Positions 58,644 to 64,000 of a stretch of 64,000 nucleotides of DNA are shown one piece after another. The stretch is from Nostoc sp. GTDB taxonomy: Bacteria; Cyanobacteriota; Cyanobacteriia; Cyanobacteriales; Nostocaceae. Under the pieces are notes generated by a model, which saw only the letters and a program-made list of their open reading frames with translations, ran no database searches and had not been told where the DNA came from. Each line of letters opens with the position of its first letter. Position 1 is the stretch's first letter. The position numbers and the translations under genes are program-made. Location: assembly GCF_036917775.1 (NCBI RefSeq), contig NZ_JBALEQ010000109.1, forward strand, positions 34,763-98,762, in the 5' to 3' direction.

Positions 58644-59738
58644 TTATAGGTAACGGGATAAAACTTCGGCGGTTGCTTTTCCTGTTTTTTCCCAACTGAA
58701 CTGTTGGGAGTGAATAATACCTTGACTAGAAAGGTGCGATCGCAGTGCCGAATTAGTTGCGATCGCCTGCATCGCCTCTGTAATTTCTCCGGTATTGTAG
58801 GGATTTATGAGAATCGCCGCATCACCAGCCACTTCAGGTAATGAGGAGAGATTGGAGGTAATGACGGGAGTACCACAAGCCATTGCTTCCAGGACAGGTA
58901 AACCAAAACCTTCCCAGAGACTAGGGAAAACCAGTGCGATCGCTTGATTAATTATTTTTGGCAATTCGCTATATGGTACATAGTCAAGGAACTTCACCTG
59001 ATTAGTTACACCCAATTCTGCAACTTGCACTTTTAAAGTCGGGGTGTAACGCGAATCAATTGGCCCTACCAACCATAGTTCATAGTCTTTGCAGTTAGGT
59101 AACGCCGCAAAAGCACTGATGAGTCGCTGGATGTTTTTGTATGGATCTTGGCGGCCGATGTAGAGAAAGTAGTTGCGGGTGGGGAGGTTGAGAGGAAGGA
59201 AGTGAGTGCGATCGTGCGCTAAAGGAATCGCAGTAATTTTGCTGGCGGGAATTTGGTAAAAATCTGTGATGTCTTTAGCCGTAGTCTGAGAGATACAAAT
59301 AATGTGTTGCGCTTGCTTAAGAACTTGGGGAGTGTAGTAGCGGTGGTAGGGTGTAAGTGGTGAGAAGCGTTTGCCAAAGCGCAACGGTATCATGTCAAAA
59401 GATGTGACAACAAAACGACAATTGCTATAAAGGGGTGCTTCCGGGAGCGGGGAGAATAAAAGACTAGATTTGAGTTTTTTATAGATTTTTGGTAATTGAA
59501 ATTGTGTCCAGATGAGTCGGTTTAAATGACCTTTTTTACCGTGGTCTGGGGTTAAATTTGACGGTATTGGATAGCAGTCAAAATCAGGATATTTTTGAGT
59601 TACTAATAAAGTGGGTTGCAAAGATTTTAAATAAGGAAAAAGATTTTGAGCATAGTTGCCTATACCCGTTGGTTGAGACAAGAGAATAGATAGGTTAATA
59701 ATTAATTGATTAGAGGAAAAATCATCTACTATATTCAT
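58644..59738 (-). CDS. GT4 family glycosyltransferase
   Basis: PYKN, PSLWEGFGLPVLEAMACGTPVI. Confidence 0.93.
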   Translation of the reverse strand: MNIVDDFSSNQLIINLSILLSQPTGIGNYAQNLFPYLKSLQPTLLVTQKYPDFDCYPIPSNLTPDHGKKGHLNRLIWTQFQLPKIYKKLKSSLLFSPLPEAPLYSNCRFVVTSFDMIPLRFGKRFSPLTPYHRYYTPQVLKQAQHIICISQTTAKDITDFYQIPASKITAIPLAHDRTHFLPLNLPTRNYFLYIGRQDPYKNIQRLISAFAALPNCKDYELWLVGPIDSRYTPTLKVQVAELGVTNQVKFLDYVPYSELPKIINQAIALVFPSLWEGFGLPVLEAMACGTPVITSNLSSLPEVAGDAAILINPYNTGEITEAMQAIATNSALRSHLSSQGIIHSQQFSWEKTGKATAEVLSRYL

Positions 59739-59842
59739 TTATTATTTTTTCATTTGGCTATAATGCTTGTAGAATAATAATTTTTATATAACTTTTTTAA
59801 AATTAGAGAATACTACTACGGTAACTTAATAACCGTAAATTT

Positions 59843-60994
59843 TTATATAGCTTTTATAATAATCATACCAAAAGATGTGGAAGCAAAACGATCAATTAAT
59901 AACTTTAAATGTGCTTCTTGTGGTATATCATGTACTTGACTGTAGTATGGAGGAATATCAATAAATTTATCTAACACACAAGAACCAATATTGAAATCTA
60001 GGGGTGCTACTTGATGTCCTGCCGCAGTTAGTTTTTTAGCAATTTGTTCAAAATCTTTTTTTCTAAAAAGCACTGTTCCGTTATTGTCAAGAGTTTCTTC
60101 TTCTTCTAAATAATTAAATTCTGTGGTTTGTATACTTATTCCTCCAGGAACTAGAGTCTTTAGAGAATTTTCGATAAATAGAAGTCCATTTTTAATGCTA
60201 CCTAGATGTTCTAATGCACAAGCAGACCAGCAGAAATCATATTGACCTTCTAAGTAAGCAGGAATAGCATTCATATCGACATACTTTAGACTCACATTTT
60301 TAGTAAATAGTTCTTTTGTACATAACTCAGGACGGAATATCTTTTCTAAAGAAGACATATTTTGTTTAGTTTCTATCCAACCTTGTGCAGATGATGCTGT
60401 TGGATCTAAATCTGTAGCCGTAATTGCAATATCATAAGCAGCAAGAATACTTGGCAGAGGTTCTTCACCACAACCAAAACCTAAACCTTTACGTCCAGGA
60501 ATAAGTAAATCGTATTCATATAAGGCTTGTAAAATATAACAAAATTCCCACAGTTTTCGATGGTATGCTACAGGAATTTTCATCTCTTGACACCAGTAGA
60601 AAAACCAATCTGATTGAATATCATTTTGTTGACAAGCTTTTGATTGTAAGTTGATTTTTTGTGGTGATAAATTACTAGGTATTGTCAACTGCTTACGTAA
60701 ATTACGAGCATACTCATAGCCGAAAGTTTTAATGTTCAAGCTTATAGCATCTGCTGTTAAAAGTAGTCTTTCATTTAAAAAAGTAAGGTTAGGCTGCTGT
60801 TCATTTGTTTTTATCACTGCATTCAGAACTTCCTGACTTTCTACCTTTGGGACTTCCTCTCTTTCTGCATTCAGGACTTTCTGACTTTCTGTATTCAGCA
60901 TTTCTTTACTTTTATAAGGGACGTGATAATTTTTTCTCAATAATCTTGATATGCTCAATATACCTTTTACGATTTGCGCTATTTTATCTAACAT
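59843..60994 (-). CDS. Class I SAM-dependent methyltransferase-like protein
   Basis: HRKLWEF, GLGFGCGEEP, DFCWSACALEHLG, LVPGGISI. Confidence 0.8.
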   Translation of the reverse strand: MLDKIAQIVKGILSISRLLRKNYHVPYKSKEMLNTESQKVLNAEREEVPKVESQEVLNAVIKTNEQQPNLTFLNERLLLTADAISLNIKTFGYEYARNLRKQLTIPSNLSPQKINLQSKACQQNDIQSDWFFYWCQEMKIPVAYHRKLWEFCYILQALYEYDLLIPGRKGLGFGCGEEPLPSILAAYDIAITATDLDPTASSAQGWIETKQNMSSLEKIFRPELCTKELFTKNVSLKYVDMNAIPAYLEGQYDFCWSACALEHLGSIKNGLLFIENSLKTLVPGGISIQTTEFNYLEEEETLDNNGTVLFRKKDFEQIAKKLTAAGHQVAPLDFNIGSCVLDKFIDIPPYYSQVHDIPQEAHLKLLIDRFASTSFGMIIIKAI

Positions 60995-61336
60995 AATTTT
61001 CGACTCGCTTTTTAGTTTGTTGTGTAAAGCTTAATTACTTATTTTTGGTCTTTTAACAGAATTATTACTAACAATAAACAGGTTTTTTAATAATTTATTT
61101 AACAAACAATAGAGGAATATATCTCTTTTGTAAACCGGGGTCTGGTGTTAATTTTATGAAATCTTATATTCATAGCATTCATACATCCCAAAAATTTATC
61201 ATGAAGTTAATAATGTCAGTTTAAGAGATTGCAGATTTGCAAGAATCTTTAAAGCGTAGGTTGTTATACCTGTGGGTTTCTTAGATAAAAAAGATAGATT
61301 GACTAACAAATTTTTAAGCTTTTCTTTAAACTTAAT

Positions 61337-62635
61337 TTAATTATACAAATAAGAGAGAAACTCCTCAGCAGATTCTTGCCATGAGAATGGTACATACTCA
61401 TTTCTGATGCGCTCTACCAAATTATTGTAGTAAATCTCTGAATCAAGTAGCTCTTTTAAAGCTTCATACAGTTCTGTTGGTTGAGTAGGAGAGAAATATC
61501 TACAAAAATCACCTCCTACTTCAGGTAAAGAACCACCATTGCTAGCGATTACAGGTTTACAGTGTTGTAATGCTTCTACCACAGGTAATCCAAATCCTTC
61601 ATAAAAGGAGGCTTGAACTAAACAGTAACAGTTTTGATAGAGAAAATCTAGTTGAACATCGGTAACAGAACCTAGTATTTCTATAAGCTTGCCATACATT
61701 TTATTCGATTCTATCAAATTATCAGTTTCTGAGTCCCAACCTTTATTACCTGCAAAAATTAAAATTACATCATCATAACTAGAATTTATCAATAAATCAA
61801 AAGCTGCAATGATGGTTTTAATATTTTTATGAGGCACTAAACTGCCAACTACTAAAATATATTTTTTATTAATTAATTTCTGCAACTTTACATTGAGGCT
61901 GTTATTTTCTTCACTTAGTAACAAATCATGTTTAAAATAGTTACTACCTAAACGAAAGCTTTGAACAATTTGTGACTTATTATTAGCTAATATTCCTTGA
62001 TTTATTGCATTACTATAATCTTCAGCACTTTTCTTAGAAATACATAATACCTTATCGAATAAAGGAGAATAATCGCTATAAAATTTTATAAAAGCTTTAG
62101 TAAATCTCTTAGAAGAAAACTCTGGAAATTTTATTGGAATGAGGTCATAGCATATAACTACAATAGTAACTTTATGTCTTTTTAAAAGTTGTAAAAATCT
62201 ATAGTAAGTTTTAGGTAAATCCCAGTTAGCATCAGCTATCACATAAATATCTCCTGGCTGAATTATAGAACCTTCAAATTCTAAAAAAACTTTTTTGTTT
62301 GCTGAATTTAAATCAAACCAATCAATTAAATTTAATACATACAAAAAATTTATAAATTTATTTTTCAGCTTCAAAAGTAGAGCTTGAACTTTTTTATTTA
62401 TTTTAGTTAGATTGAGATATTTTTTAACCTTGACAAAATGCTCATTTTGCTTTTGACTAAGATTAGTCACTCTCTGCATAAAACTACCATCAAACATAAC
62501 TGCAACTATTTCTATGTCTGTACAGTTTGAGCTTATTTGCAATAATTCAGAAGTGAGTTCTCGAACTACTCGATGGATTCCAGTATTTTTATATGTATGT
62601 TTTGTAGTATGAGTACAATCTAGAAATATCTTCAT
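61337..62635 (-). CDS. GT4 family glycosyltransferase
   Basis: TGIHRVV, PHKN, ASFYEGFGLPVVEAL, SLPEVGG. Confidence 0.9.
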   Translation of the reverse strand: MKIFLDCTHTTKHTYKNTGIHRVVRELTSELLQISSNCTDIEIVAVMFDGSFMQRVTNLSQKQNEHFVKVKKYLNLTKINKKVQALLLKLKNKFINFLYVLNLIDWFDLNSANKKVFLEFEGSIIQPGDIYVIADANWDLPKTYYRFLQLLKRHKVTIVVICYDLIPIKFPEFSSKRFTKAFIKFYSDYSPLFDKVLCISKKSAEDYSNAINQGILANNKSQIVQSFRLGSNYFKHDLLLSEENNSLNVKLQKLINKKYILVVGSLVPHKNIKTIIAAFDLLINSSYDDVILIFAGNKGWDSETDNLIESNKMYGKLIEILGSVTDVQLDFLYQNCYCLVQASFYEGFGLPVVEALQHCKPVIASNGGSLPEVGGDFCRYFSPTQPTELYEALKELLDSEIYYNNLVERIRNEYVPFSWQESAEEFLSYLYN

Positions 62636-62810
62636 CCTAAAACCTACTTAAAACTATTTTTCTTGTAAATTCTTAATAATTTTTTACTTAAAAAACTTAC
62701 CTAAGAAAATCCATAACTAAAAAACTCAGTAGTTACATTCTTAGGTAAGCTATTTTACTTTTTTCCTAGTCTCAAGTTAATGGTTATCTATGATTAAGAA
62801 GCTAAATGAG

Positions 62811-63782
62811 CTAACTGCTTAATTTCTTAAGGTCATAATCAACCATTAACTCGACCAATTGATTAAAAGAGTATTGAGGCTGCCAACCTATTGCAATTTT
62901 AATTTTATCAATGCAACCAACTAATTGCACTGGTTCATCAGCGCGATAAAAAGCGGGGTCAACCGAGACATAATCTTGCCAATTAAGCCCAACGCAGTCA
63001 AAAGCACACTCAACAAGTTCTTTAACAGAGTACGTTTCACCACTGGCAATAAGGTAGTCATCGGGTTGTTCCTGCTGCAACATCAGCCACATAGCGTAGA
63101 CAGCATCTTTGGCATAGCACCAATCACGACGGGCATCTAGATTGCCTAATTTTAGTTCATTTGCCAAACCTAATTTAATTTGGGCAACTGCGTGCGTGAT
63201 TTTGCGAAATACAAATTCTGTCCCACGTCGAGGCGATTCGTGAGTATAAGTAATACCACAACAGTTATAAAGGTTGTATTTCTGCCGATAGTTGACAGTC
63301 ATCCAATGAGCATAAGCTTTGGCAACTCCATAAGGATTCCGGGGACGAAAGGCAGTGCGTTCGGTTTGAGGCGATTCGTCGGGTTGACCAAAAACTTCAC
63401 TACTGGATGCTTGATAAAATTTGGCATCAGGTTTGCAGCGACGAATAGATTCTAAAAGGCGAGATACACCGAGAGCAGTATATTCAGCAGTAAGAGCCGG
63501 TTGTGTCCAAGAAAGTGGAACGTAGCTTTGAGAGGCAAGATTGTATATTTCGTCTGGTTGGCATTCGCTCACTACATCCATAAGGGATGATTGATCAAGC
63601 AGGTCGCCAGATACGATTTGAATGTCGCCATAAAGGTGGGTGATACGCTCTAGGTTACTGGTGCTAGAACGGCGGACTAGACCAAAGACTTGGTAGCCTT
63701 TTGCTATAAGTAGTTCGGCAAGATATGAACCATCCTGTCCGGTTAACCCGGTGATTAGGGCTTTTTTTGTTGTCATGCTCAC
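62811..63782 (-). CDS. gmd: GDP-mannose 4,6-dehydratase
   Basis: ALITGLTGQDGSYLAELL, ASSSEVFG, YGVAK, HESPRRG, GNLDARRDW. Confidence 0.92.
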   Translation of the reverse strand: MSMTTKKALITGLTGQDGSYLAELLIAKGYQVFGLVRRSSTSNLERITHLYGDIQIVSGDLLDQSSLMDVVSECQPDEIYNLASQSYVPLSWTQPALTAEYTALGVSRLLESIRRCKPDAKFYQASSSEVFGQPDESPQTERTAFRPRNPYGVAKAYAHWMTVNYRQKYNLYNCCGITYTHESPRRGTEFVFRKITHAVAQIKLGLANELKLGNLDARRDWCYAKDAVYAMWLMLQQEQPDDYLIASGETYSVKELVECAFDCVGLNWQDYVSVDPAFYRADEPVQLVGCIDKIKIAIGWQPQYSFNQLVELMVDYDLKKLSS

Positions 63783-64000
63783 TTTTTTTACAATATTATT
63801 TATTCTCTGGAAATACTAAATTATAGCATTGTTACTTTTGGTTTGATACCAACTAAAACTGGATATAATCCTAATGATAAAACTCGAAACTCTAGTATAG
63901 ATGTTGTATCTATAATAAACTTTAGTTTTGTTTTTTCTTTCTTTAAGATATCTCTTAAAGTAAGTTCTTTTTTGGCTAGAACTAGCGCACCAGAGTTAGT

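Overview
This is a 64-kb chromosomal window from a heterocyst-forming cyanobacterium, most likely Nostoc. That call is an inference from the many HIP1 octamers (GCGATCGC), heptameric STRR arrays and Nostoc-like gene content. Housekeeping backbone: rqcH-like (partial), tRNA-Phe, znuABC with a divergent SLH-porin, topA, aroQ, a PgpH-like HD protein, hdrB-like, acpP-fabF-tkt, an AMIN/beta-lactamase-like protein, a second porin, PCD, a stand-alone psbD, an ECF-type ATPase, a YacP-like nuclease, tRNA-Asn, blaI-like/M56, comB and an rfbACD/GT4/methyltransferase/gmd surface-polysaccharide cluster. Three accessory blocks: (1) 16.2-21.6 kb, gene debris plus Uma2, TetR, a Rieske oxygenase and a P450 broken by one nonsense codon, with a near-identical copy of its haem-binding segment 4.4 kb upstream; (2) 21.6-34.3 kb, an RTX protein divergent from HTH-AAA and AAA-CHASE2 ATPases and DUF928, converging on a TPR-CHAT protease and a TpsA-like haemagglutinin; this is the best candidate for an uncharacterised signalling system; (3) 49.3-53.3 kb, two membrane-anchored ATPases next to tRNA-Asn, bracketed by inverted REP-like hairpins. 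Small-scale signals include nested small dispersed repeats, a HIP1-bounded in-frame insertion, 21-nt and 42-nt tandem arrays, an unannotated 46-aa ORF and a structured RNA locus with a 23-aa ORF downstream of psbD. No CRISPR array, integrase, transposase or prophage was seen. All family names come from motif recognition, not database searches.
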